A DNA stretch of 63,585 nucleotides, filler included. It is 8 parts of 8 records of this genome, joined end to end, with 100 filler letters (N's around TTAATTAATTAA, not from the genome) between each part and the next. Parts side by side here need not be neighbours in the genome. Positions count along the whole stretch, not along the records: positions 37,294 to 43,338 come from SRR31147125_39567; positions 43,439 to 53,190 come from SRR31147125_39586; 6 more parts are not named here. The stretch is one strand, 5' to 3'. The translations under genes and the position numbers were made by a program. Positions within the stretch are counted from its first letter, which is position 1; each line of letters starts with the position of its first letter. Under the pieces are notes generated by a model, which was not told where the DNA came from, did no database searches, and worked only from the letters and a program-made list of their open reading frames with translations. This document shows, one piece after another, positions 40,233 through 52,042 of this stretch.

Positions 40233-42563
40233 TCAGCCTATGCTGACCTCCGCTTCACCCCGGATATCCCGGCTTGAAAATCCTGCGGAAATATTAAAAT
40301 CTCCCGGTTCGCAAACCCACTCTCCTTTCCCGTCATGGTAGTAGGAGAAATCCTCCGGAGTCAGGGTGAAGGTCAGTTTTGCCGATTCTCCGGCATCGAG
40401 GAAGACCTTCTGAAAACCTTTCAGCTCCTTCTCCGGCCGGGGCAGTTCCGACTCTATATCCTTCACATAAAGCTGGACCGTCTGGGCTCCGTCCCTCTCT
40501 CCTGTATTGGTCAGGGTCAGGGTGACTTTTCTGTTTTCCCTCTCCTTCAGCAGGGGCTTGGAGACCTTCATATCACTGATATCAAAGCTTGAATAGGAGA
40601 GGCCGTGGCCGAAGGGGAACTGCGGTTCGATCTTCATTGTATCGAAGTTGCGGTAGCCTACCATAAGCTTCTCCCCGTACACCATGGGCCAGGTCTTCCG
40701 GCGCTTCGGATTGCCCTGACCCACAAAGACCCTCAAGGGGTTGAAGGCTCCGGGATTATCCGTGTAGTAGGAGTTGGCGGCGAAATCGGTCCATCTCCGG
40801 GCCATGGTGACCGGGAGCTTTCCCGATGGGTTTACCCTGCCGAACAGGATTTCGCTAGTGGCCACACCCACCGACTGGCCCAGGTAGAAGGAGTGGAGGA
40901 GGGCGGGAGTCTCACCCAGCCAGGATTCGGTTTCCACATCTCCTCCGGCGGTAAGGACGACGGCGGTCCGGGGATTCAGTGACGTTACTTTATTTATAAG
41001 TTTTCCCTGATCTTCGGGAAGGACCCAGGAACGGTCGAAACACTCGGTCTCCTCGTAGGATTGGTATCCGGCGCAGAGGATGACCGCATCGGCGTTCCGG
41101 ATTTTCTCCCGGCTTTCCGACGAGAGCCTTGTCTTTTTGAAGGGAATGTAGTGGAGGCGTATCCCCCGGTTTTCCTCTTCCAGCCGGGCGATCATTCCCC
41201 GGACGATGTCGTTTTTCCGGGAAACCGAAACCAGGCTGCAGCCTCCGCCGCCCGTGGGGGTCACAAAGGCCGTCCTTCCCATAATGACCATGCTTTTCAT
41301 TCCGTCGAGGTTGAGGGGCAGAAGGGGCGCTTTGCCGGGGGTACCGGCTTTTTCTGTATCTTGCAGGGCGGGCGCTTCATTTTTCAGGAGGACGATTCCT
41401 TCTCTGGCCGCCTGAAGGGCTGTTTCCGCATGCTCTTTCCCTCCTTTAACAGCCTTCCTGTCCATCTGCGGTCGGCTGTAGGCTCCGGCTGAGTGAAGGG
41501 TCCGGAGGAGACGGAAGACCATGGCTTCTATATCTTCTTCAGCCGCGGTCCCGGCCTCCAGCGCTTCTTCGATTTTCTCCGGAGTCAGCCATTTCGCCCC
41601 GGGCATTTCGATATCCAGGCCGCTTTTCAAGGGGCCGGCGGTGGAGTAGAGGCTGTCCCAGTCACTCATCACAAGACCTTTGAATCCCCACTCCTCCCGG
41701 AGGATATCGGTCAGGAGCCGGTGGTTTTCACTGGCGTAGGTCCCGTTTACAGGGTTGTAGGCGCTCATCACCCCGAGGGTCCCCCCTTCCTGAACCGCCC
41801 GCTTGAAGGCCGGGAGGTAGATTTCCCTGAGGGTCCGTTCATCCACCACCGAATCGCATTTATGCCGGTCGTATTCGGAATTGTTGCAGGCGAAGTGTTT
41901 TACCGTGGTGATGACTCCCCGGCTCTGGACGCCCCGGATGTAGGCGGCGGCGATCTTACCGGCGAGGAAGGGATCTTCCCCCATATATTCGAAATTGCGG
42001 CCGTTGGTGGGAACCCGGCAGATATTGATCCCGGGCCCCAGGAGGATTGAGATTCCCCGGGCCCGGGCCTCTTCCCCCAGGTCTTTCCCGACGGCCTCGA
42101 TCAGTTCCGGGTTCCATGTCGCCGCCATGGCCACCGCCGCCGGATAGGCCGTTCCCCCCTCGAAGCAGCGTAAACCGGAGGTGGCATCGGAGCTCCAGAG
42201 GGAAGGAAGGCCGAGCCGGGGGATGGGATGGACGGCGATGCTGGAGTAGCCGGTGATAAACTGTATTTTTTCTTCCCGGGTCATTTCGGAAAGTATCCGG
42301 CCGGCCCATTCGTCGGAGGGCGCGGATTTCTCTTCCACATCCTCCATCGGTCTTAGATGGGCCAGGACGGCGAACGGTCCACGGGCTTCTTTTTTATCAC
42401 GGGTCTGGGCTGCTTCGGATCCGGGAACCGGAATTTCCGGTCCTGCCAGACCCTGAAAATCCTGATCCTCTACCTCCCTGTTTGTCATATTTTCAGTGAA
42501 AAGGATGTTTAATTCTCCTTTCATCACTTTTTCAAGGGTCTTTTTCAGGAAGGTTGTGAGCAT
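40233..42563 (-). CDS. GH3 beta-glucosidase with Fn3-like C-terminus
   Basis: GRNFEYMGEDP, KHFACN, VMSDW nucleophile, PSGKLPVT and FPFGHGLSY motifs. Confidence 0.94.
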   Translation of the reverse strand: MLTTFLKKTLEKVMKGELNILFTENMTNREVEDQDFQGLAGPEIPVPGSEAAQTRDKKEARGPFAVLAHLRPMEDVEEKSAPSDEWAGRILSEMTREEKIQFITGYSSIAVHPIPRLGLPSLWSSDATSGLRCFEGGTAYPAAVAMAATWNPELIEAVGKDLGEEARARGISILLGPGINICRVPTNGRNFEYMGEDPFLAGKIAAAYIRGVQSRGVITTVKHFACNNSEYDRHKCDSVVDERTLREIYLPAFKRAVQEGGTLGVMSAYNPVNGTYASENHRLLTDILREEWGFKGLVMSDWDSLYSTAGPLKSGLDIEMPGAKWLTPEKIEEALEAGTAAEEDIEAMVFRLLRTLHSAGAYSRPQMDRKAVKGGKEHAETALQAAREGIVLLKNEAPALQDTEKAGTPGKAPLLPLNLDGMKSMVIMGRTAFVTPTGGGGCSLVSVSRKNDIVRGMIARLEEENRGIRLHYIPFKKTRLSSESREKIRNADAVILCAGYQSYEETECFDRSWVLPEDQGKLINKVTSLNPRTAVVLTAGGDVETESWLGETPALLHSFYLGQSVGVATSEILFGRVNPSGKLPVTMARRWTDFAANSYYTDNPGAFNPLRVFVGQGNPKRRKTWPMVYGEKLMVGYRNFDTMKIEPQFPFGHGLSYSSFDISDMKVSKPLLKERENRKVTLTLTNTGERDGAQTVQLYVKDIESELPRPEKELKGFQKVFLDAGESAKLTFTLTPEDFSYYHDGKGEWVCEPGDFNISAGFSSRDIRGEAEVSIG

Positions 42564-42577
42564 AAGGTTCTCCTTGC

Positions 42578-43338
42578 TTAGTAGATCTGTTTTTTGATGA
42601 TATTATCCTTGTTCCGCCATTTCGGATTGGCCTTGACCTGCAGATCCAGAAGGACCCTGTAGGGAAAGATCTCGTTGAGTTCCTTCTGGGCCCCTTTCCG
42701 GATCTCTTTGATATTGGCTCCCTTCTTCCCGACCAGGATTCCCTTCTGGGATTCCCTTTCGGTGACAAGGATGGCCCTGACCCAGAGGGTCTGTTTCGGC
42801 GGTTCCCCCCGGAATTCGGCATCCTCGATTTCGATATAGATGGCGTGGGGGATCTCTTCCCGGGCAATGGAGATAGCTTTTTCCCGGATAATCTCTTTGA
42901 TTCTGAATTCCGGTTCCTGGTCTGTGTAGATGTCTCCCGGGTACATAAGTTCCCCTTCCGGAGCGGCGTCCCATATTCCCTTCATCAGTTCAGGAATCCC
43001 GCTGCCTGTGACCGCCGAAATGGCGTGGATAGGTGCATCGGGGAAGGCGGCGAGGGCGTAGGCCCGTGTTTCTTTTACCATGGCTGTTTTTGTATCGGTT
43101 TTATTCAGGGCGATCAGAAGTTTATCCTTGTGAAAACGGAGAAGTCTGGTGATGTCCTCTTCTTCTTTACCGGGGTGGCGGCTTGCGTCTATCAGGTAGA
43201 CGACCAGATCGATCCCCTCCAGGGCGCCTTCGGCCACCTCTTTCATCTGCAGATTGAATTTTTTTTCCGAATTGTGGTAACCCGGTGTATCGACGAAGAC
43301 CAGTTGGCCTTCCGGTCTGGTCAGGACTCCTCTGATGG
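42578..43338 (-). CDS. era: GTPase Era, 5' truncated
   Basis: VFVDTPG, LNKTD, ISAVTG, EIIREK..EEIPH and SQKGILVGKKG KH-domain motifs. Confidence 0.95.
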
Positions 43339-43438
43339 NNNNNNNNNNNNNNNNNNNNNNNNNNNNNNNNNNNNNNNNNNNNTTAATTAATTAANNNNNN
43401 NNNNNNNNNNNNNNNNNNNNNNNNNNNNNNNNNNNNNN
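43339..43438. other. Artificial contig spacer
   Basis: N44-TTAATTAATTAA-N44. Confidence 0.97.
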
Positions 43439-43467
43439 GGGGGTGCTCCATCCTTTGGCTTGCTTGA

Positions 43468-44365
43468 TCATGACAGCTGGTCTCCTTTTCTGAGAACATG
43501 GATCTGCAGGGCGGCAATCAGGGAGCAGCAGAAGAAGAGCATCACCGCCCAGCTGGAGGCATACCCCATTTTAAAAGCCTGAAATCCCTGCCGGTAAATG
43601 CCGAACTCCAGTGTATAGGTGGCGAATCCCGGGCCTCCGTAGGTCAGGGTGTAGATGAAGCTGTACATCCGGGCGAAGACTTCGATAAACGACAGGACCA
43701 GAAAGAACTGGATGGAAAAACTGATGCTGGGAACGGTAATCCGGCAGAACTTCTGCCACCAGCCGGCACCGTCAATTCCCGCGGCATCGTACATGCTGGA
43801 ATCGATACTGCTCATGGCCGCCAGAAAATAGATGCAGCCGAATCCCAGTTTGGTAAAGATGACAAAAAGCAGAGACACCACATGAATAGCGGACCGGGAC
43901 TTTCCCAGGAGATTGATGGTATTGGCATCTTCCACACCCAGAACTGTCAGGAGCTCCGTCAGGGGACCGGTCTGACTCAGGATGATGCTGAACAGGGTTC
44001 CCAGGATAACATAGCCCAGTATGGTGGGCAGATAGATAACGGAACGGAAAAAACTGCCATCCCTTGAGACCGTCCCGGAGAATGGCGGCGGTCAGGAGAG
44101 GGATAAAAACTCCTGCGGGTATATAGAGAATCAGGACACCCAGATTCCGTAAAGAGTGCCAGAATTTGACATCCTGAAACATGCGGCTGTAATTTTTCAG
44201 CCCCACCCACTCGGCGGCGCCGAATCCTTTCCAGCGTGTCAGACTGTAATAAAAGTTGGCCAGCACCGGGTAGACCGTAAAGACCACCATCAGGAGCAGC
44301 AGGGGCAGGAGCAGAATCCAGGCATCCCTCTCCTCCTGCTGTTTCATTAACTTTCTTTTAAACAT
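43468..44365 (-). CDS. Carbohydrate ABC permease (CUT1; one frameshift near 44050)
   Basis: WVGLKNY and EAA-like MYDAAGIDGA motifs; removing one base from the A6 run restores WQFFRSVIYLP. Confidence 0.88.
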
Positions 44366-44427
44366 TCGATTTTCCTTGAAGCAGCGGGAGCCAAGCCGGC
44401 TCCCGCAGGATAATTCAACTGAAGGGA

Positions 44428-45726
44428 TCAGAGATTCTGTTCGTAAGCCTTCTGAAGACTGTCTATGTATTCGTTCAGAGAGATTTCATCAGCCAGGAAA
44501 AAGAGCTGAAAGTAGTTGTACAGTTCCGCCGCGAATCCGGCGTCCAGCTGGACATAGAAGTCGGGAACCGCATTGGTGCTCATATAGCCGACCACTTCCG
44601 CCAGGGATTCGTTCTCGATGGGAAGGTTTTTGTTGGGAACAATGGCCCCTGTCCGGGTAAGAAAGAGGCTGGCCGATTCACCGTGAACGTATTCATACAG
44701 ATAATCCACGGCGGTATCGATGCTGTCCGAGTTTTTCAGAACCGCAAAACCGATCCCGGCACCCTGGCTGCTCTGTCTGTCCCTGTAGGCGGCGTTGTCG
44801 GAGTTGATGCTGGGCATGTACCCCAGGTTTTCATAACCGAAAGCGTCTCCGAAGTCCTTCCAGTGAGCGATATCGGAAGTGAGCCCGAAGAAGAAGCCCC
44901 CCTCGCCGGACTTGAAGACTTCAATGGCATCCATAAAATAGGGCATGGTGACGTTTTCGGTCATCACATATCCTTTGGAATACAGTGTTTTCATCATCCG
45001 GGACGCTTCGATAAAAGCGTCGTCCGTAAAGTTGGCGCTGCCGTCGGTGAATCCGGTCAGTTCGGGGCCGTAGAAATTGGCCAGCAGAGTTCTGTAGACA
45101 AAGTCCACACCGTAGGGCTGACCGCCGTTGCCCATAATAACCGGAGGAATCCCTGCGGCTTTCAGCTTCTCGCAGACATCCAGAAAGGCGTCCCAGTCAC
45201 TGGGGACGGCGGAGATGTCCACGCCTGCTTTATCCAGATTGGATTTATTGTAGTAAATACCCATTCCCTGGGCAGTCAGGGGGATGATTTTGATATTCCG
45301 GCCGCTCTCTTTAGTGGAGGAACAGGCTGCCCAGGCGGAGTCGGAAATGTCGTCTTTCCAGTCGGCGATATAGGGATCCAGGTTCAGCAGAAATTCGTCC
45401 ATATTCCAGATCCGCTGATCCGTATGGGCCATGATGACGTCCGGACCGATTCCCGATCCCATGGATGCCGCCAGGATCTCATAGTAGTTGTCATGGGGCT
45501 GGGCGACATGTTCTATTTCCACATTGGGACGGACGGACATATACAGGGAGTCCATATCTTTCAGGGCAGAGCCCACCACTTCTTCACTGTATTTGAAGTC
45601 CCAGACCGTCAGTTTGACTTTCTCCTCTTCTCCGGCACCGGAACGGTCCTGCTGCCCTCCGGCCATAAGGGACGCACAGCTGATCATCATTCCGATCAGT
45701 AATATAAAACCACTTTTTTTGTTCAT
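44428..45726 (-). CDS. Sugar ABC substrate-binding protein (family 1)
   Basis: Spirochaete-type signal (AGGQQD), GPDVI, YYNK and CEKLKAAGIPP motifs. Confidence 0.9.
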   Translation of the reverse strand: MNKKSGFILLIGMMISCASLMAGGQQDRSGAGEEEKVKLTVWDFKYSEEVVGSALKDMDSLYMSVRPNVEIEHVAQPHDNYYEILAASMGSGIGPDVIMAHTDQRIWNMDEFLLNLDPYIADWKDDISDSAWAACSSTKESGRNIKIIPLTAQGMGIYYNKSNLDKAGVDISAVPSDWDAFLDVCEKLKAAGIPPVIMGNGGQPYGVDFVYRTLLANFYGPELTGFTDGSANFTDDAFIEASRMMKTLYSKGYVMTENVTMPYFMDAIEVFKSGEGGFFFGLTSDIAHWKDFGDAFGYENLGYMPSINSDNAAYRDRQSSQGAGIGFAVLKNSDSIDTAVDYLYEYVHGESASLFLTRTGAIVPNKNLPIENESLAEVVGYMSTNAVPDFYVQLDAGFAAELYNYFQLFFLADEISLNEYIDSLQKAYEQNL

Positions 45727-45871
45727 AGATTCCTCCTTTAGGATTTATCTAATTGTGAGGGGAGGAACCCGGAACCGGCCAGTTTCAGTAGTAGAAAGGT
45801 GTTTCAAATCCGGGAAAGGGGGTGTGTCAGATTATGTAAAAGGTGACAGATCCTGATATCGGAAAGGATCT

Positions 45872-47155
45872 TCAGTAGAGTTTCAGCTCCTGATTGATCT
45901 TGATAAGGTATTCCTCCAGAGAGATTTCCCTCGTATTGATCAGAAGGTCATCCAGTCTGTACTGAATGTCGGAAACGTAAACCGAGGGGAGATACCGCTC
46001 CGGATCCGAACCGGTATTATCGAGAGCCGACTGTATCTCTCTTAAAACGGGATAATCATCCACCGGGAGGGCTGTATTTTCCAGGGGGATCAGCATCCCC
46101 AGGTCTCCGGTCAGGATCTTCAGGCTTTCATCGGAAAAGAGGTGCCGCAGATACAGAAAGGCGGCATCCCTGCTGTCCGATTCCCTGTTGACCGAGACCA
46201 GAACACCCGCGGGCTGCAGGAGCTGCACCCCCGGCCGGGCCATCTCCGGATGACGGAGATTGGGGAAATATCCCACACTGTCCCGGCCCAGGGCATCGGT
46301 GAAGTTCTTCCAGTGGGCAATATCGGAGATCAGGCCGGGGATCATGGCGGCCCCGCCGGCAGAGAAGGAATCGGAAGCATAATTGAAATAGGGACGGAAC
46401 AGCCCCTCCTCATCAAAATATCCCTCATCCCGCAGCTGACGGCAGAATTCCATTATGATCCGGAACCGGGGGGAACTGACGCCCTGTCCCCGGTTGTAGA
46501 ATGTACGGATCTCCTCTTCGGTGAAAAAGGCGGAAATCAGACTCCGCCTGATAAACTCGGTGGTCAGGGGTCGGTTGTTTCCGGCGGCCACAGGTGTGAT
46601 TCCCGCCTTTTTCAGGACCCCGCAGGCAGCCAGAAAGGTATCCCAGTCATCCGGGGGGGTATCCGGATCCAGACCGGCCCGGCGGAACAGATCCCTGTTG
46701 TAGTACCATCCCATTCCCTGAAAAGTGAGAGGCAGAGCTTTAAGCACCCCCTCTTCATTCCGGCAGGGGAGCAGTGAAGAGGGCCGGAAAGAAAGCTCCG
46801 CCTCCTCCAGCCGGCGATCCAGGGGTTCCAGATAGGTCTGATATTCAGTGAATTCCGTACCGTGATGAAGCCATATCACGTCGGGTCCGGTTCCTGCCAG
46901 GAGGGCAGCCCGCAGGGCGGGGATATATTCCTGATCATAAAAACCTTTATGTTCCAGAGTGATCTCCGGAAACTTCTCCCGAAAGAGACTGTCCACCCGG
47001 TTCATGGCCCTGTTTGTCTTTGCATCGGTGTATTTGAAATCCCAGACGGTCAGAACTCCGCCGGCGGTTTCCTGCCTGGATTCGGCATTCAGAGGAAGCA
47101 GACCTCCGGCGAAGAAGATCAGGAGCATTAAACGGATGAATAATCGGAACGGCAT
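45872..47155 (-). CDS. Second, paralogous sugar-binding protein (family 1)
   Basis: Signal peptide; shares LTVWDFKY, GPDVI, QGMG.YYN and SDIAHWK with 44428..45726. Confidence 0.88.
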   Translation of the reverse strand: MPFRLFIRLMLLIFFAGGLLPLNAESRQETAGGVLTVWDFKYTDAKTNRAMNRVDSLFREKFPEITLEHKGFYDQEYIPALRAALLAGTGPDVIWLHHGTEFTEYQTYLEPLDRRLEEAELSFRPSSLLPCRNEEGVLKALPLTFQGMGWYYNRDLFRRAGLDPDTPPDDWDTFLAACGVLKKAGITPVAAGNNRPLTTEFIRRSLISAFFTEEEIRTFYNRGQGVSSPRFRIIMEFCRQLRDEGYFDEEGLFRPYFNYASDSFSAGGAAMIPGLISDIAHWKNFTDALGRDSVGYFPNLRHPEMARPGVQLLQPAGVLVSVNRESDSRDAAFLYLRHLFSDESLKILTGDLGMLIPLENTALPVDDYPVLREIQSALDNTGSDPERYLPSVYVSDIQYRLDDLLINTREISLEEYLIKINQELKLY

Positions 47156-47210
47156 AGACGGGTACCAATCCTTTATGGCGGAATTCTCTGCTCCATGATA
47201 AACTGACCCG

Positions 47211-49126
47211 ATGGTGAAAATCCACAGTTTTTTCGGACTATTCCTGGCAGCATTCCTGATCCTCTGCCTCCTGGTGGGAGTTATGATCTTCTACAATGTC
47301 CAGTCCAGCCGGGTACAGTCCCTTGCCCTGGAATCCATGACCCTTCTGTCAGACTGGAATAAGCTGGAAAACAAGACCAATCAGATCCTTCTGGACCGCT
47401 ATACTGTTACCGGCCGGGAAATTCCGCCTCTTCTGCAGGACTGGGTCCGGGACTACGGGGAGTTCTCTGCGGACCTGGAAAAACTGAGCACCAGCCGTCA
47501 GATCCTGCAGTGGGAGGAGATGGCCGACCGGTTCGACGGAGCCTGGCGGGTATGGCGCTATACGGAAGTTCAGCTGAACAATGCCTCTCACTTTTTCTCA
47601 AAGATCATTCAGACAGGGCTGGGGGAAAAGGTGATGGTCAACGGATTCCTCCATACCATGTATAAGATGCGGATGACGGGTCATCTGACGGGAGGAGAAA
47701 TATTCCTGCTGGACGATACGATCTACGCCCTGGAATCCCTGGACAACGCCACAAAGGAATTCGACATTCTTTTTACCGCCATCGTCCTGGACCTGAAAGA
47801 AGCGGGAGAGATGTACCTGCGCCGGATCCGGCTGATGGCCTTCGGACTCCTGGGTGCAGCCATTCTTGTGCTGGGGATTTCGTTTCTAATCAACCGTCAG
47901 CTGAAAACCGCCCAGGCAAGCCGGTCTGTTTACCTGAGAAGCCAGAAAGATCAGCTTCTCAAAATGATCTGCGAAAACAGCTGCGAAGAGAACCTGACCC
48001 TGTTCAGGAACAGGCAGCCGGTACTGGGAATCCGCCTGAATACGGAAAGACCGGTCCTACCTCTCATGCTTCAGATAGACGACTACCCCCGCCTCTCCCA
48101 TGAGCTCAATATCCGGGAACAGCAGGAGAGAATAGACAAACTGACAGGGAACATGGAGGAGATTATTGCAGAGGAGAACCTGACTTCCGAATCCTTCCGT
48201 TTCAGGAATGATACGGTTGTCTTCCTTCTGAATGTTGATGATCCCGAGGAGTACGACGGACTTTTGACACAGATGAAAACCCGCCACGGGGAACTGATTG
48301 AGAACCAGGAACTGTCGGCAACAATGACCATAGGGAATCTCAATACCGAGGCAATCGATCTGGATCATGATTTCTCCGATCTTCTGCAGCTGGCTGAGTA
48401 CCGTTTTCTCACCGGAAAGGGAACATGCATATACTCCGGTTCCACCCTGCTGCGGACCGTGCAGCCCTTTCAATACCCCCTGGACAGGGAACGGCTGTTT
48501 GAAGAGGCCCTGAACTCACTGAACCGGGATGAAACCCTCAGAATCCTGAAGGAGATCATCGAATACGGGCTCCCCTACGGCCCACGGAACATGCGAAGGC
48601 TGGTATTGCGACTGACGGCCTCGCTCAGTTCGGTGGTGGAAACCCTGGAAAGGACCTACCACATCCCGTCCGCGGGGGATGTGACGCCCATGATTCTGCA
48701 GGTTCAGAATCCGGAAACCATCGGAGAGGTCAAAGAGATCCTGAAGGAGATCATCAGCCGGGTCATCGCCTCCTGCCGGGAGAAAAAGAAGAGAAACACG
48801 ACCAGACCGTTCTGCAGATTAAGGCGATCATCGCCGGAGAATTGAAAGATTTCAACCTCTCGGCGGATTCCATCGCCGACAGATTCAACCTGACATCCGG
48901 CTACGTCAACCGGCTTTTCAAGCAGCATACGACTCTCAGTATTTCGGGTTATATCAACTATGTCCGGCTGGATTATGCGGAAGAACTGCTGCGGACCTCC
49001 CGCCAGACTGTTTCGGAAATCGCCGAACAGTCCGGATTCTCCAGCATGGGAACCTTCTTCCGTCTGTTCAAAAAGAAATTCGGTCGGACGCCGCGGGAGT
49101 ATCGGAGGGAGACGGCGGAGAGTTAG
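47211..49126 (+). CDS. Membrane-anchored AraC family regulator (one frameshift near 48785)
   Basis: Two TM segments flank an extracytoplasmic domain; the C-terminal AraC HTH ORF 48842..49126 joins after adding one A (EKKEEKHDQTVLQIK). Confidence 0.85.
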
Positions 49127-49216
49127 GATGAACCGGAGTATGGGATTCCGGGCGGAGCAGCTGATTCAGGATCGATCCTCCTGAATCAGCCGGAGACAGG
49201 GATATGGCCTCCCGCC

Positions 49217-50476
49217 CTAGGCGTTGAACTCATGCACCGCATCGAACAGGGCGACGAGATTCTCCACCGGCGTCTTCGCCTGAATGTTGTGGATGGCGTT
49301 GAACACGAACCCGCCGCCGTCTCCGAGGATTTCCAGCTTGTTCAGCACCTCGGTCCGGACCTCATCGGGTGTTCCGAAGGGGAGGATTTTCTGGGTATCC
49401 ACTCCGCCGCCCCAGAAGGTGATGTCCTTTCCGAACTCCTTCTTCAGCCAGGCGGGATCCATTCCTTTCGCGGAGGTCTGCACCGGATTGATTACGTCGA
49501 ATCCCGCTTCGATGAACAGAGGCATGAAGTCGGGCACGGAACCGCAGCTGTGTTTGAAGGATTTCCAGCCGGTATTGCTGTGAATCCAGTCGTTCAGTTT
49601 CCGGTAGTGTTTCAGATAGAGGCTCCGGAAGGTGTCGGTGGAGCAGAAGCTGCTGTCCTGAGTCCCGAAATCGGTTCCGCAGACGAACAGCATGCCGATC
49701 CGGTCGCCGCAGGTTTCGTGAAGCCGCTTCAGGTTTTCCAGGGCAATTTCATACTGCCGTTCGAAGATCTCGTTCACGAAATCCTGCCGGATCGCCGTGG
49801 AGATGTACCACTCGGTGATGTCCCGGATGCCTTTGGGGTGCTTCATGGAGAGGGCGGGAACCAGGGCGATGTCCCCCAGGCCGGTGCCTCCCACATTGGT
49901 GCAGACAAAACGGTCTTCCGCCCAGGCGGCATCCACCCGTTTTTTCACATCCCTCAGAGTCTCATCGGAAATCGGTCCGAATTCCTCCAGATTATCCTCG
50001 ATTTTCAGATCCTCATCATCCTCGGGAAGAGGTTCCTGACGGACGATGGCATCGAAAAAATAGCCGCTTGCCGGCATATGCCCGCTGGCGGGAGCTTCCA
50101 GATCCCCTTCCGGGTAGATATACACATCCCCGCTGTCGCTGACGGTGGTTGTAAACTGTCCCGGAACCAGAACAGTCTGCCCCCAGGGAGCCTTCCACTC
50201 CTTCCAGTCCTCATTGGCAAAGCCGAAAAAGGTGGAAGGGCCGTTGGCGGCCCGGGTGTCGATCCCGATAATCTCCGCCAGATCGGGCTCAATCTCCCCC
50301 AGGCACTGGTAGGGCTCATGCATCTTAACCGTATGTTTATCCAGACCGTAGTAGTCCCGGAGCTGCTCGACACAGCTGATATGGATACCCGATACGGCGG
50401 TTCCGTCAAAATCGACGGGAATCCTGTCGGGCTGTTTATGATTCAGGCTTGCGTTAACTCGTTCTCTTGACGTCAT
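49217..50476 (-). CDS. Uroporphyrinogen decarboxylase / methyltransferase superfamily protein
   Basis: HKQPDRIPVDF, CGTDFGTQ, HSCG, NPVQ, FWGGGVDTQ and HNIQ motifs. Confidence 0.88.
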   Translation of the reverse strand: MTSRERVNASLNHKQPDRIPVDFDGTAVSGIHISCVEQLRDYYGLDKHTVKMHEPYQCLGEIEPDLAEIIGIDTRAANGPSTFFGFANEDWKEWKAPWGQTVLVPGQFTTTVSDSGDVYIYPEGDLEAPASGHMPASGYFFDAIVRQEPLPEDDEDLKIEDNLEEFGPISDETLRDVKKRVDAAWAEDRFVCTNVGGTGLGDIALVPALSMKHPKGIRDITEWYISTAIRQDFVNEIFERQYEIALENLKRLHETCGDRIGMLFVCGTDFGTQDSSFCSTDTFRSLYLKHYRKLNDWIHSNTGWKSFKHSCGSVPDFMPLFIEAGFDVINPVQTSAKGMDPAWLKKEFGKDITFWGGGVDTQKILPFGTPDEVRTEVLNKLEILGDGGGFVFNAIHNIQAKTPVENLVALFDAVHEFNA

Positions 50477-50479
50477 GGA

Positions 50480-51973
50480 TTATTCTCCTTTCAACCCGGC
50501 GGCACGGGTCATGATGGCTTCTTCGGTAAGATCCTGTTCTTCCAGGATTCCGGAAATGGTTCCCTCATGCATCACCACCACCCGGTCGGACATGGCAATG
50601 ATCTCGGGCATCTCGGAAGAGATCAGGATGATACTCATTCCCTCGTTGGCCAGCTCATGAATCAGATGATAGATCTCCGACTTGGCCATGATGTCCACCC
50701 CGTGGGTGGGTTCATCCAGGATCAGGACCTTCGGGGAGGTGGCCAGCCAGCGGCCCAGGATGGTTTTCTGCTGGTTCCCGCCGCTCAGTGATTTCACCGG
50801 AGACTCGGGATCGTCCATTTTTATATTCAGCCGTTCCTTGTAGTGCTCCACCAGACTGTCAACAGCGGCTCCCTTGACCACCTGCCCCTGAGCCAGAGAG
50901 GGGAGCTGGGCCAGACTCATATTGAACTGTATAGGCAGATCCATAAAGAGAGACTGGACCTTCCGGTCCTCCGCCACCATGGCAACGCCGTTCCGGATCG
51001 CATCCTGGGGACACTTGAACTGCACGTCCCGGCCGTTCAGCTGAATCCGGCCGCTGTCAAAGGAATCCGCTCCGAAGATGGCCCGGGCCACTTCACTGCG
51101 CCCCGCCCCCACCAGTCCGGAGAATCCCAGGATTTCTCCCTTGCGGAGGAAAAGGATATATCTTTAAAATTCGGAGGTGAGATTTTTCACATCCAGTACA
51201 ACTTCATCGGACACCGTCCGGTGAATATGCTCTCTTTCCAGATCCCGTCCCACCATCATCTGGATAACACGATCCACGGTGGCATCCTTCGTATCGATGG
51301 TCCCTACAAACTGACCATCCCGGAGGGAGGAGATCCGGTCTGATATCCGGAGGACTTCCTCCATTTTATGAGAAACATAGAGTATGGAGAGTCCCTTGGA
51401 CTTGAGGGATTCGATCACTTCAAACAGTTTTTCCGAATCCGCTTCACAGAGGGAGGAGTTCGGTTCGTCCATGACAATCAGGGACGCATCGATGGACAGG
51501 GCCTTGGCAATTTCCACCATCTGACGCTGAGAGGTGGTCAGGTCGGACACCCTGGTATAAGGATCGACAGTCAGCCCGATTTTATCCAGCTGCTGCAGGG
51601 TCATTTCTTCCATGACCTTCCATTTGACCCGGCCCATAGAACTGATCATCCGGCCCATGTAGACATTTTCGATAATATTGAGGGTGGGAAGCATGGAGAG
51701 TTCCTGATGGATGATGGCGATTCCCGCCTGAATGGCTTCCTGAGGTTTATGAAACGTCACTTCTCTGTCAAGGAAACGGACCGTTCCGGCATCCCGGGGA
51801 ACAATTCCCCCCAGAATATTGATCAAAGTGGATTTGCCGGCACCGTTTTCTCCGACAAGAGCATGGACTTCATGGGATCGAATATCCAGAGAGACATCGG
51901 ACAGGGCCTGAAGGCCGCCGTACCGTTTCGAAATCCCCTGTAGTTCAAGTGTTTTTTTCTGAGAACTGTTCAT
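50480..51973 (-). CDS. Monosaccharide ABC ATP-binding protein (RbsA-like, CUT2); interrupted near 51150-51167
   Basis: GENGAGKST, VMDEP, LSGGNQQK and LDEPT motifs; both halves are in the same frame, separated by a TAA best explained by two compensating indels. Confidence 0.9.
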
Positions 51974-52042
51974 TGGTCCTTCCGTTTTTCAATGAGGATA
52001 GGGAGAAGACGGGCCTCAAGCCCGTCCTCTTCCGAACCGGTC

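Noticed and set aside
44683..45702. Long antisense ORFs (also 80..961, 8102..9070, 10509..11360, 49232..50470, 54564..55319 and 56578..57330)
   Set aside because: They are shadows of well-supported genes on the opposite strand in GC-rich DNA and carry no recognisable motifs.
45795..45851. Three imperfect GGTG..CARAT direct repeats as an AraC operator
   Set aside because: Spacing is irregular (about 23 and 19 nt) and the matches are weak, so it cannot be supported from one sequence.
51150..51167. In-frame TAA in the sugar ABC ATPase suggesting stop-codon readthrough or recoding
   Set aside because: The expected KDISF motif lies in a shifted frame between two short homopolymer runs, so two compensating indel errors explain it. 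TAA is a normal stop elsewhere in this contig.
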